This document shows positions 1-8,387 of a DNA stretch of 64,000 nt, in pieces. The notes under the pieces were generated by a model. The model had not been told where the DNA came from, made no database searches, and saw nothing but the letters and a program-made list of their open reading frames with translations. Where the stretch lies: the IMG/VR virus record IMGVR_UViG_3300023242_000001, positions 12,296 through 76,295 of that record; one strand, written 5' to 3'. The position numbers and the translations under genes are program-made. How positions within the stretch are numbered: position 1 is the first letter of the stretch; the number at the start of each line of letters is the position of its first letter. Origin of the DNA: a virus.

Positions 1-1
1 C

Positions 2-136
2 GTACCCCGTCTCCCTGGCTCCAGGGGGTTTTCGAAGGCCGGCGACTTCTACACCCCGATCGGTGGGGTTTGTCTGGCCAAAGAGGCGGCCTGCCAGTGG
101 GTCGAGATGCAGCGACCCAGCACCCTCGTTGAGTAA
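2..136 (+). CDS. 3' end of a hypothetical early gene (partial)
   Basis: Frame 2 is open from the window start (VPRLPGSRGFSKAGDFYTPIGG...STLVE) to TAA at 134-136. Confidence 0.4.
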   Translation, partial: VPRLPGSRGFSKAGDFYTPIGGVCLAKEAACQWVEMQRPSTLVE

Positions 137-168
137 ATAACCGACCCCGCGCATTCCGCGCAAACCCC

Positions 169-202
169 GCCTCGATTGAGGCAATTTAAGGAGTCCCAAA
201 TG
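169..202 (+). promoter_or_regulatory. Early hairpin-RBS repeat, copy 1
   Basis: GCCTC-GATT-GAGGC, then AAGGAG, then ATG at 200. Confidence 0.75.
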
Positions 203-634
203 GGAACACGTTCCATCACGTCCGTCATCGAGAACGGCACCATCCTGTGCACCATGTACCGTCAGTTCGACGGCTACCCCAGCGTCCACGGGGCGGATCT
301 GCACAAGTTCCTCGCTGCTCTGACGCTGGTCAACGGCATCAGCAGTGCGGACAACCGCCGCATCGCCAACGGCGCCGGCTGCCTCGCTGCGCAGATGGTG
401 CACCACTTCAAGCAGACCTCAACAGATGCCCGCACATCGATGGCGGGCAACGTCTACATCACCGCGCCGCGCCTGAAGCTCGACAGCGAGGACTACGGCT
501 ACACCGTGTCGGTCGACGACAAGCTTCGCACCAGGATCAAGTGCTATGTGGTGGGGCACGGCAACGTCGACGACAGCATCTTCTGCGGAACCGTGGCCGA
601 GTTCGGCGAGTTCTGCGCGAAGGATGTCGCATGA
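200..634 (+). CDS. Hypothetical phage early protein
   Basis: MGTRS...YRQFDGYP motif; strong SD (AAGGAG) supports the start at 200 rather than 176. Confidence 0.75.
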   Translation: MGTRSITSVIENGTILCTMYRQFDGYPSVHGADLHKFLAALTLVNGISSADNRRIANGAGCLAAQMVHHFKQTSTDARTSMAGNVYITAPRLKLDSEDYGYTVSVDDKLRTRIKCYVVGHGNVDDSIFCGTVAEFGEFCAKDVA

Positions 635-846
635 GCGCCATCACCTACAAGCCCGAGGTCCGCGTCAACGGCAGCTTCCACAGCAACTCACTGGTGTTCG
701 CCACCCGCGAGGAGGCCGAGCAGTCGGCACGCGAGTTGATGGGCCGCTGGCTGCTGGTCACCGACTACCGTGCGGTCGAGTCGACCGACCCCGTCAACTA
801 CGCCCTCGTCGACGGCGATCTGCGTGCTGTGGAGGTGGCAGCATGA
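631..846 (+). CDS. Hypothetical protein
   Basis: MSAITYKPEV...; ATGA overlap with the upstream gene. Confidence 0.65.
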   Translation: MSAITYKPEVRVNGSFHSNSLVFATREEAEQSARELMGRWLLVTDYRAVESTDPVNYALVDGDLRAVEVAA

Positions 847-1034
847 GATTCGCCCAGACCTACTGCAGCCAGTGTGGCCAAGAGCAGGGCCCGGGTGACA
901 ACGGCGTAAGCCACTGCCGCGACCACCTCAATGCTCACGTCCACCCGGTGTTCCGAGACATCTTGTCGGGGTTCTTCACACCGCAGCCGACCCGCGCGCC
1001 GGACGAGCGCCCACAGCCAGGAGACATGACATGA
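843..1034 (+). CDS. Small CxxC-containing hypothetical protein
   Basis: MRFAQTYCSQCG; GGAGG SD; ATGA overlap. Confidence 0.55.
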   Translation: MRFAQTYCSQCGQEQGPGDNGVSHCRDHLNAHVHPVFRDILSGFFTPQPTRAPDERPQPGDMT

Positions 1035-1222
1035 GCTTCTCACCCCTGCCCTTTGATTACTCCCGGTGCCAGCCGCAGCCGGGGCCAGTGGCCAACTGCC
1101 GGGCCTGCGCCAGGTGGGCTGACCACCCCAAACAAGTGTGGGGTGAGCGGACCCCGTTCGAGAGCCTGGACCCGACCGGCCCACATTGCGACTTCACCCC
1201 CGCAGACACCAAGCACCGCTAA
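1031..1222 (+). CDS. Small Cys-rich hypothetical protein
   Basis: GGAG SD; C...CRACARW...C pattern. Confidence 0.55.
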   Translation: MSFSPLPFDYSRCQPQPGPVANCRACARWADHPKQVWGERTPFESLDPTGPHCDFTPADTKHR

Positions 1223-1229
1223 CCCACCC

Positions 1230-1263
1230 GCCCCGACTGGGGCATTAACCGGAGACCAAAGTG
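1230..1263 (+). promoter_or_regulatory. Early hairpin-RBS repeat, copy 2
   Basis: GCCCC-GACT-GGGGC, then GGAG, then GTG at 1261. Confidence 0.75.
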
Positions 1264-1584
1264 ATCAACCTCACCGACTTCACCGAGCGCATCGTCACGC
1301 TCAGCACAGCCCACATCCCCAAGCACACCGCTGCCGCGCTCGGCAAGTACCGCGAAGACTGCGTGGTGGCCGAGTTGTGGGGCCACATCCACTACGAACC
1401 CTGGGGCGACTTCGGCTGGATCATCTGGGCCAGTTCAGAGTGTTGCGAGGACGCCCTGGCACCCCACCCCGAACTGGCAGCCCTGATGGCCATGTGCGCC
1501 GAGCGGCGCATCCAGTGGCTGCGACTGGACTGCGACGCCCCGCCCCACCCTGAGTTGCCGACTTTTGAATGGGAGCCGACATGA
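1261..1584 (+). CDS. Hypothetical protein (LSTAH...LDCDAP type)
   Basis: TLSTAHI and WLRLDCDAP motifs recur in small phage/plasmid proteins; SD present. Confidence 0.65.
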   Translation: MINLTDFTERIVTLSTAHIPKHTAAALGKYREDCVVAELWGHIHYEPWGDFGWIIWASSECCEDALAPHPELAALMAMCAERRIQWLRLDCDAPPHPELPTFEWEPT

Positions 1585-1961
1585 ACTACATCAAGACCGC
1601 CGACGGCGAAATCTCCACCTTCGACATCTGCCAAGCCTACATGCAGCTGGAGTCCGACTTCAACGTCGACGGCTTGCTGCGTGAGCGCCCCAGCAACCAG
1701 CGCCGGCGCGAGTCGATCGGCTGCCAGCTGGCCCGCCTGAAGTTCAACCCCGGCATGCGCTGGGTTGACATTGTGAGCTTCGACAACGACGCCGACGACG
1801 AGGACGAAGACCGAGATGTGCGCTGGATCTACCTCAACAAGTTGATGGAGTGGGGGCTGCCCGCCGACGAGGGCCTGCTTGCCGCCATCAATAGGCTGTT
1901 CGTCCGCGACTGGCTCCTGGCCAACTTTCCCGCCTACGCCTGCACCGAGGTGGCGGCATGA
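1581..1961 (+). CDS. Hypothetical protein
   Basis: MNYIKTAD; GGAG SD; ATGA overlap. Confidence 0.6.
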   Translation: MNYIKTADGEISTFDICQAYMQLESDFNVDGLLRERPSNQRRRESIGCQLARLKFNPGMRWVDIVSFDNDADDEDEDRDVRWIYLNKLMEWGLPADEGLLAAINRLFVRDWLLANFPAYACTEVAA

Positions 1962-2194
1962 AGATGAATTTTTCCAGGGTCACGCGGCCGGGCCGAGCGG
2001 GAATATCCATGAGCCTCGGAGAGCTTGACGAGCATTTCAAGCTGAAGCCGGGCACCTGCTTTGGCAGCATCGTCAGGCCGGCCGAGGGGCTCGCCCCACC
2101 CAAGGCATCCAACTTGAACGCTTCGTCCGGCAAGAACCTGTACCGCGTCGGCGAGTTCCGCCAATATCTTCAACTTCGAGGAAAACTGCAATGA
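1958..2194 (+). CDS. Hypothetical protein
   Basis: Coupled overlaps on both sides. Confidence 0.5.
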   Translation: MKMNFSRVTRPGRAGISMSLGELDEHFKLKPGTCFGSIVRPAEGLAPPKASNLNASSGKNLYRVGEFRQYLQLRGKLQ

Positions 2195-2421
2195 CCATGA
2201 ACCCCTTCAAGAAACCCGACATCGCCCGCGTCCTGCAAGACCAGATCTACGAGGCGCAGCGAGCACTGATCGACGCCGCGGCGAGCACCGAGATGGCCCG
2301 CGCCCACCTTGAGCGGGCCCGTGCCAGTCAACTCTACTGCGAGACCCGCCTGACCACCCTGCGAGCCATGACCAAGCCCTGCCACGTGCTGGGCGCACTT
2401 TCATCACTGGAGTCAACATGA
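2191..2421 (+). CDS. Hypothetical coiled-coil protein
   Basis: GAGG SD; ATGA overlap. Confidence 0.55.
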   Translation: MTMNPFKKPDIARVLQDQIYEAQRALIDAAASTEMARAHLERARASQLYCETRLTTLRAMTKPCHVLGALSSLEST

Positions 2422-2699
2422 ACACGATCAAATTTTCCCTGCTCGCCACTGCGCTGGCCTTCGCCTTTTCCGCGCAGGCCGCACGCCCGTCTGCAGAGCT
2501 TCGCAAGACCTGCGCAGATCTGGGCGAGATAGCCACACAGCTTGCCGGCTTCAACCGAAGAGGCGTACCCATCGGCCAGGCTGTACGCCTCGTTCAGGGC
2601 GGCCCATCGATACTGCTCGACCTTGTCCAAGATGCCTACGCTTTGCCGATCAACCCCAACCCAACCCTCGACGCGAGAGCCGTGGGGAAGTTTGGGTAA
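2418..2699 (+). CDS. Hypothetical exported protein
   Basis: N-terminal signal peptide MNTIKFSLLATALAFAFSAQA. Confidence 0.55.
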   Translation: MNTIKFSLLATALAFAFSAQAARPSAELRKTCADLGEIATQLAGFNRRGVPIGQAVRLVQGGPSILLDLVQDAYALPINPNPTLDARAVGKFG

Positions 2700-2778
2700 G
2701 CTGCGGAAATCCTGGGCTTGAGGGGGCGCTGATCAGCTCCAAGAAGTCCACCCGACCACCTACATCTGAAAGCTGAAC

Positions 2779-3024
2779 ATGAAGACCAAATTCACCGTCG
2801 TGCTGATGCGCCCCGACTACCGCGCTGACCCGTACGGCCAGGACTGCTACGTCGCACGTGTCGAAGCTGTGAACGCCTACCGCGCTCGTGAGGAAGCCCA
2901 GAAAGAGGCGTGGAAGTACGACAACAAGGACCTTGGCGAGACGAGTGGCTTCTCCGACGACTACCACTCGCTCCTCGTTTTCGAGGGGCACCAGGAAGTG
3001 AAGCTGTTCGGCTTCCAGGCCTGA
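2779..3024 (+). CDS. Hypothetical protein
   Basis: ORF with phage-typical GC3 codon usage. Confidence 0.6.
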   Translation: MKTKFTVVLMRPDYRADPYGQDCYVARVEAVNAYRAREEAQKEAWKYDNKDLGETSGFSDDYHSLLVFEGHQEVKLFGFQA

Positions 3025-3059
3025 CCCAGACTAACCCCAGGCCGAAAGGCCATCAACCC

Positions 3060-3094
3060 GCCTCGATTGAGGCAACTTTCGGAGTCCAACTATG
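3060..3094 (+). promoter_or_regulatory. Early hairpin-RBS repeat, copy 3
   Basis: GCCTC-GATT-GAGGC, then GGAG, then ATG at 3092; preceded by a GGCC-GAAA-GGCC hairpin at 3040-3051. Confidence 0.75.
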
Positions 3095-3793
3095 GCAAAA
3101 CTCGCCAGGAATTACCACGCCCAACTGACCCTGAAGTCGGCCAACGCCAAGACCGGCCCAATACCCGTCAGCGTCACCGCCAGCGACAGCTGCCCGCCGT
3201 CCTGCTCCTTCATGGGCAACGGCTGCTACGCCGAGTCCGGCCCACTTGCCCTGCACTGGGCCAAGGTCAACACCGGTGAGCGCGGCATGCCGTGGCAGAT
3301 GTTCTGCGACGCCATCGACACGCTGCCGGCCAACCAGCTGTGGCGCCACAACGCCGCTGGCGACCTGCCCGGGCACGACAACGTGATCGACGGCGTGGCG
3401 CTCGGCATGCTGGTCAAGGCCAACGCCGGCAAGCGCGGCTTCACCTACACCCACTACCCACCCACGCCGGGCAACGTCAGCGCCGTGGCCATGGCCAACG
3501 CTGCCGGCTTCACCGTCAACTTCTCCGCCGACTCGGCAAGTGAGGCTGACGCGCTGTGCGACCTGGGCGTGGGCCCGGTCGTCTGTGTGCTCCCCAGCAC
3601 CCAGACAACGAACAGCAAGACGCCCGCCGGACGCAAGGTGGTGGTGTGCCCCGCCACCGTCCGAGACGACACCAGCTGCGCCGACTGCGGCCTGTGCCAA
3701 GTGCAGCGAGACACCGTGATCGGCTTCCCCGCCCACGGCAGCAGCTACCGCCGGGTCGACATCCGCCTGCTTTCCAAAACCCGCGTCGCCTGA
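3092..3793 (+). CDS. Cys-rich phage protein, possibly Fe-S or radical-SAM-like
   Basis: SCPPSCSFMGNGCYAE, RHNAAGDL, FTYTH and C-terminal CPA...CADCGLC motifs. Confidence 0.6.
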   Translation: MAKLARNYHAQLTLKSANAKTGPIPVSVTASDSCPPSCSFMGNGCYAESGPLALHWAKVNTGERGMPWQMFCDAIDTLPANQLWRHNAAGDLPGHDNVIDGVALGMLVKANAGKRGFTYTHYPPTPGNVSAVAMANAAGFTVNFSADSASEADALCDLGVGPVVCVLPSTQTTNSKTPAGRKVVVCPATVRDDTSCADCGLCQVQRDTVIGFPAHGSSYRRVDIRLLSKTRVA

Positions 3794-3803
3794 CGCATCG
3801 CCT

Positions 3804-3837
3804 GCCCCGATTGGGGCATTTTCAGGAGTTCAACATG
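3804..3837 (+). promoter_or_regulatory. Early hairpin-RBS repeat, copy 4
   Basis: GCCCC-GATT-GGGGC, then AGGAG, then ATG at 3835. Confidence 0.75.
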
Positions 3838-4293
3838 GCCAACAAATCAATCAGTCACAAGGCAGACGTCATCGACAGCCGCAACGTCATCGCCCGCATC
3901 GACGATTTGGGGGGTTCCTTTCAGGACGCCTACGACACCTTCGTCGAGGAGTACACCGGCCCAGGCGAGGCACTCCCTGACTTCGATGACTGGCTCACCG
4001 AGATCAGCCAAGCCGACGACCACATCGACCAGGACGACGCCATCGAGCTGATCGAGCTGCGCAAGCTGGCCACCCAGTGCGAGAGCTACGGCAGCTGGAG
4101 CAGCGGCGAGGAGTTGATCCGCCGCCGCCACTTCGTCCGGTACATCAAGGAGTGGTCCAGGAGCGTCAACGCTGTCTCTGACAACGACGACTGGCTCTAC
4201 AACCACATCGACTGGGACGCCGCCGCCGCAGAGCGTGAGGCCGACTACATGGAGGCCACCTTCAAAGGCAAGACGTTCCTGATGCGCGCTTGA
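3835..4293 (+). CDS. Acidic hypothetical protein
   Basis: MANKSISH start after AGGAG; IDWDAAA motif near the C-terminus. Confidence 0.65.
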   Translation: MANKSISHKADVIDSRNVIARIDDLGGSFQDAYDTFVEEYTGPGEALPDFDDWLTEISQADDHIDQDDAIELIELRKLATQCESYGSWSSGEELIRRRHFVRYIKEWSRSVNAVSDNDDWLYNHIDWDAAAAEREADYMEATFKGKTFLMRA

Positions 4294-4325
4294 CACCCAC
4301 CCCCAAACCACATAACACCCAACCC

Positions 4326-4358
4326 GCCCCGACTGGGGCATTCCAGGAGTCCAACATG
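4326..4358 (+). promoter_or_regulatory. Early hairpin-RBS repeat, copy 5
   Basis: GCCCC-GACT-GGGGC, then AGGAG, then ATG at 4356. Confidence 0.75.
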
Positions 4359-5387
4359 ATTTCCATCGAAACCCGCGACTACACCGGCGTCACCAGCGAG
4401 CAAGTCATCGCCGAGATGCTCAAGGAGAACACGGGAAGCGCCCTGTGCGACAGCGGCGGGGCTTACGGCCGCAACTGGTCGCGCAACGCCGGCCGCGACT
4501 TCGCCACCGACCCCAAGTGCACCACGCGCTGGGACGTGATCGAGACCGCCAAGGCGTCCCGCGTCAGCGTCTCCTCCACTGTAAGCCTCTACCACTGGAT
4601 GGTCGCCCACCTGGAGTTCGACGCCGAGCTGCAGCAGGATCTCGACACTTTCATGGCCGAGGAAGGGCTTGGGGACCTGGAGGCCGCCGACAACTTCGCC
4701 CAGCACCTGTTCGATGCCGAGCGGCTGGCCAGCGAGCCCTACTGCGTCAACACCTCCAACCCCGTAGACGACGTCAACCTCTCGCAAGTCTTGCAGTTCC
4801 ACGTCATCACCATCGACGGCGACTACGAGCCCACGCACCTGATCCTGACGGTGCACGGCGGCTGCGACGTGCGCGACGGCTACACCGACCCCAAGTGCTT
4901 CCGGCTGCGCACCGAGTACGACGAGGCGATGAGCAACGCCAGGGCCAGCTACCTGGTCGCCGGGGAAGATGGCTGGCACATCCCGGACGGTTGCTGGCGC
5001 GACATCGAGCGCTCCGAGCAGAACGCCACCGCTCACAGGAACCCGCTCGACCTGCCCGCCTACACCCCGCACAGCCTGATGCAGCGCGCCGAGGAAGAGT
5101 GGGACGTGCCCGAGGCACTGCAGGACCTGAAAGACATGCACGAGGCGATCTACCGGGGCGACCTCCAACTCAACCGCCTGAAGGCGCAGGCCACCCGCAA
5201 CCAACCCGAGGAGACGCTGCTTGAGCATCTGCAGGCTGGGCGCGACGAGATGAGGGAGAAGGTCTTCGAGGCCGTCGCCGAACTCTCCGAGGAACTTGCC
5301 GAGGACTTCATCTACGTCGAGGCCGGGCGCGCCTGGCTGGTGGTCGACGGATCTGCTGACGAGCTCAAGGTTGAAGTGAGCTTCTGA
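4356..5387 (+). CDS. Acidic hypothetical phage protein
   Basis: ENTG...DSGGAYGRNW and HGGCDVRDGYT motifs; AGGAG SD. Confidence 0.7.
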   Translation: MISIETRDYTGVTSEQVIAEMLKENTGSALCDSGGAYGRNWSRNAGRDFATDPKCTTRWDVIETAKASRVSVSSTVSLYHWMVAHLEFDAELQQDLDTFMAEEGLGDLEAADNFAQHLFDAERLASEPYCVNTSNPVDDVNLSQVLQFHVITIDGDYEPTHLILTVHGGCDVRDGYTDPKCFRLRTEYDEAMSNARASYLVAGEDGWHIPDGCWRDIERSEQNATAHRNPLDLPAYTPHSLMQRAEEEWDVPEALQDLKDMHEAIYRGDLQLNRLKAQATRNQPEETLLEHLQAGRDEMREKVFEAVAELSEELAEDFIYVEAGRAWLVVDGSADELKVEVSF

Positions 5388-5442
5388 CCGGCCTGCGGCC
5401 ACAACTGAAACTGCAACTGAAACTGAAACAGGACAACAACAC

Positions 5443-5751
5443 ATGCGTCAGACAAACTTTTTTCGGGTAGAGCGCTCCGGTGGCCAGTGGGCCATCACCG
5501 ACCCAGATGTGGGCGGGCCAGCAGTGCTCGTGGATGCGGCCGTCGTGGCCGCCACCGAAATTGGGCGAGATTACGTCGAGGGTTTTTTGGTGGGGGTTCA
5601 CGGTGTGAACCAAGCCGATGTCGAAGGTGCCCCGCAGTGGGCCCTGCGCGCCATCGGCATCTCTGCCCATCTGGCCGGCTTTGCCGCGCCGCGCGGCACC
5701 CGCCGCGTGCAACTGACGCAGGACGGTCGCATTGACCGAGACATCAGATGA
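5443..5751 (+). CDS. Hypothetical protein
   Basis: ORF preceded by AGGA and hexamer repeats. Confidence 0.55.
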   Translation: MRQTNFFRVERSGGQWAITDPDVGGPAVLVDAAVVAATEIGRDYVEGFLVGVHGVNQADVEGAPQWALRAIGISAHLAGFAAPRGTRRVQLTQDGRIDRDIR

Positions 5752-6077
5752 CCGATTGGCTGAAGGACGGACCTCTGCACGAGGCAGGGGGCTTCAGCGT
5801 TGCCCGAGGCGGTGTGCAGATCCTCCTCGGCTACACGATCTCCAAGAGCGGACCTGTCCAGCTCTATGCGATCGAGAAGATGGGAGACCTGGCTCCCCGC
5901 ATCTGGCTGAGCAGGTGGACCACGCGAGAGAGCGCGGTCCGAGACGCAGAAGACATGGTCTGCGTGATCGAGGAGTACCTCGACCAGATCAACGCACCCG
6001 TCCGCCCAGACGAAAACCTGGGACTGGACGATTTCATCGAACACCTTTCACTGAGAATTTCAAATGGACTTCACTGA
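5748..6077 (+). CDS. Hypothetical protein
   Basis: ATGA overlap with the upstream gene. Confidence 0.55.
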   Translation: MTDWLKDGPLHEAGGFSVARGGVQILLGYTISKSGPVQLYAIEKMGDLAPRIWLSRWTTRESAVRDAEDMVCVIEEYLDQINAPVRPDENLGLDDFIEHLSLRISNGLH

Positions 6078-7434
6078 CCGCTTTCACGACACACTGGCCC
6101 GCCTCGCTGACACGCCCGGCAAGAAGGACAAGGAGGCCATCGTCTCGGGCATGAGCCTGGGCGAGATCTCCTTCGTGGCGTATGCCTTGGACCCCACCAA
6201 GCCCTTCTACATCGCCAAGCTCCCGCTGCCGGAGTGGGTACTGGACGGGCGCGGTCTGGACATGGTGCTGGACATGGGGCTGCTGCGTGCACTGACCGAA
6301 CGGACGATCACAGGCAACGCTGCCCTGCTGCGCATCGCTGAGCACTTCAGCCAACTCAACTGGAAGGCCGCGTCGATCTTGCACCGCTGCATCCTGAAGG
6401 ACCTGCGCTGCGGCGTCGGCGCCGGCACCATCAACCGCGTGCACCCCGGAGCCGTGCCAGACTTCGCCTACATGCGCTGCTCCCTGCCCAAGGACGCCAA
6501 GCTTGACCAGTGGCCCTGGGCCCAAGGCGTGTTCAGCCAGCTCAAAGCAGACGGCATGTTCGCCCGGATCCGGGTCGAGAACGGCGCCGCCCAGATTACC
6601 TCGCGCCAGGGTCTCACCTTTCCACGCGGAGCGCTGGCCGACATCGAGCGCGCCGCGCTGGAGCTGTTCCCCGACGGCGGCGTTGAACTGCACGGCGAAC
6701 TCACCATCAGGCAAGACGGCAAGCTGATGCACCGGAAGGACAGCAACGGTATCCTGAACAGCATGCAAGACGGCGGTGGGCTTCCCGAGGCCTGTACCGT
6801 CATGTACGACGCCTGGGACTTGGTGCCGGCACGCCTTGCAGTGCCCGGCGGCCGAGACGAGACGCCCTATGTCAAGCGCTTCGCCGCGCTGCTCGACGTG
6901 GTGCGCAGCAGGCTCCAGGCCGTCATCGACGTCATCGAATACCGGATGGTGTACTCCCGCGCCGAGGCAGCGCAACACTTCAGCGAGACCTTGGCCAAGG
7001 GCCTGGAGGGCACCGTGGTCAAGCACTCCGGCATGCCCTGGTTTGACGGCGATAGCAAATTTCAAGTGAAGTACAAGGTCGAGTTCGAGGTCGACCTGAA
7101 GATCACAGGCTTCAACCCTGGCGAGCCGGGCAAGCGCACCGAGGCCACGTTCGGCAGCCTCATCTGCGAGAGCGCCTGCGGCACGCTGCAGGTAGGCGTG
7201 AGCGGACTCAAGCGGGAGATGGAGACCTACCTCCACGAGAACCGAGCCCTTGTCACCGGTGGCGTCATCACGGTGCGCGCCAACGACATCGTCATGCCCT
7301 CTGACAGCAGCACACTCTACGCCCTGTCCCACCCGCGGTTCGTCGAGCTGCGGCGCGACAAGGGCGAGGCAGACACCCTGCCCCACATCATCAACCAACT
7401 GGAAGCGGCGAGAGCCGGGAAAGCGACAACGTGA
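6064..7434 (+). CDS. ATP-dependent DNA ligase
   Basis: Motif I KADG, LHGEL, YDAW, EGTVVK, KYK and C-terminal HPRFVELRRDK. Confidence 0.92.
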   Translation: MDFTDRFHDTLARLADTPGKKDKEAIVSGMSLGEISFVAYALDPTKPFYIAKLPLPEWVLDGRGLDMVLDMGLLRALTERTITGNAALLRIAEHFSQLNWKAASILHRCILKDLRCGVGAGTINRVHPGAVPDFAYMRCSLPKDAKLDQWPWAQGVFSQLKADGMFARIRVENGAAQITSRQGLTFPRGALADIERAALELFPDGGVELHGELTIRQDGKLMHRKDSNGILNSMQDGGGLPEACTVMYDAWDLVPARLAVPGGRDETPYVKRFAALLDVVRSRLQAVIDVIEYRMVYSRAEAAQHFSETLAKGLEGTVVKHSGMPWFDGDSKFQVKYKVEFEVDLKITGFNPGEPGKRTEATFGSLICESACGTLQVGVSGLKREMETYLHENRALVTGGVITVRANDIVMPSDSSTLYALSHPRFVELRRDKGEADTLPHIINQLEAARAGKATT

Positions 7435-7871
7435 TCATCAATTACTCACCACACACCCACGACGACTACGGCTGGACGCGCAAGAGCCACCTGCTCATGG
7501 ATCCACCGGTCTGGAACCTTGGCTGGCTGTCCTGGGACTTCACCCAGGGCCCGCACCCAGACCACAATTTCAGCGTCGTCTGCTACCACTCAGCCAACCA
7601 CCAGCTTGACGGCGGCGGGCGCGTCGCCCCCGGCATGGTGCCGGATCACAAGCTGGTGCGCAGCCTGATGGCGCTTGCGCCCCAGGCCATGCTGCAGCGC
7701 CTGGTGCGCAGTCCGGCGTTCCCCAAGCTCGAGCTGTACCAGGCCTACGGGCCAGGCTGGGTGTCGAGCTTCATGGCGCGCTCGATGACGTGGCAAGACC
7801 CAAGAATCGACCACAACAGGGACGATGTGCGGGATACTTCGCAAGCCCTGGCGCTGTTGTCCAGGTTTTGA
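7431..7871 (+). CDS. Hypothetical protein
   Basis: GTGA overlap with the ligase gene. Confidence 0.5.
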   Translation: MIINYSPHTHDDYGWTRKSHLLMDPPVWNLGWLSWDFTQGPHPDHNFSVVCYHSANHQLDGGGRVAPGMVPDHKLVRSLMALAPQAMLQRLVRSPAFPKLELYQAYGPGWVSSFMARSMTWQDPRIDHNRDDVRDTSQALALLSRF

Positions 7872-7888
7872 GTCCAAGGAGATCACCA

Positions 7889-8110
7889 ATGGCAACCCTG
7901 AATCGAGCCCAGGCCAAGCGCCTGGTTGATGCCGGTGCTGCAACGCAGTTCACCGTCAACTACAACGCCGAGAACAACACCACCTACGGCGTGCTGAACA
8001 ACATTGGCTCGGGCAAAGCAGACCTGCATCGGGTCGACCACTACCCGATCGGCACAGGCGACCTGCGGGGCGAAGTGCCTGAGACGACACCAACATTTGA
8101 CCGAACCTGA
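7889..8110 (+). CDS. Hypothetical protein
   Basis: AAGGAG SD; starts MATLNRAQ. Confidence 0.6.
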   Translation: MATLNRAQAKRLVDAGAATQFTVNYNAENNTTYGVLNNIGSGKADLHRVDHYPIGTGDLRGEVPETTPTFDRT

Positions 8111-8119
8111 AAGAACCGC

Positions 8120-8332
8120 ATGAACAAAGAGCTTGCCCTCGCCGTCGCTGCTGAGACCGGGGACGACCCCGACAAGGTCGAGGCCGTGGTCCGTGCCCAC
8201 CAGAACAACTACCCCGGCTCCTGGCGGGACTGGGAGATGGCCGAGAAAGTGCCCAGCATGGTCAAGCTGATGCGCACTGCGCGGGACGCCAAAGAGACAT
8301 CACCCGAGCGCATCGCCCGACTCGACTGGTAA
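8120..8332 (+). CDS. Hypothetical protein
   Basis: ORF in operon context. Confidence 0.55.
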   Translation: MNKELALAVAAETGDDPDKVEAVVRAHQNNYPGSWRDWEMAEKVPSMVKLMRTARDAKETSPERIARLDW

Positions 8333-8387
8333 ACCCAACCCCATCCCGTCAACTGGCGGATCTACCCCTCTCCCGAAGTACAAAACC

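Noticed and set aside
2697-2735. Stop-codon readthrough or recoding after 2418..2699 (the frame continues AAEILGLRGR)
   Set aside because: It is a single instance, and all three stop codons end genes normally elsewhere. At most it is a premature stop.
162-4358. Mini-CRISPR array, integron attC sites or terminators
   Set aside because: The elements are separated by whole genes, are short, lack GTTRRRY/RYYYAAC cores and lack long U-tracts.
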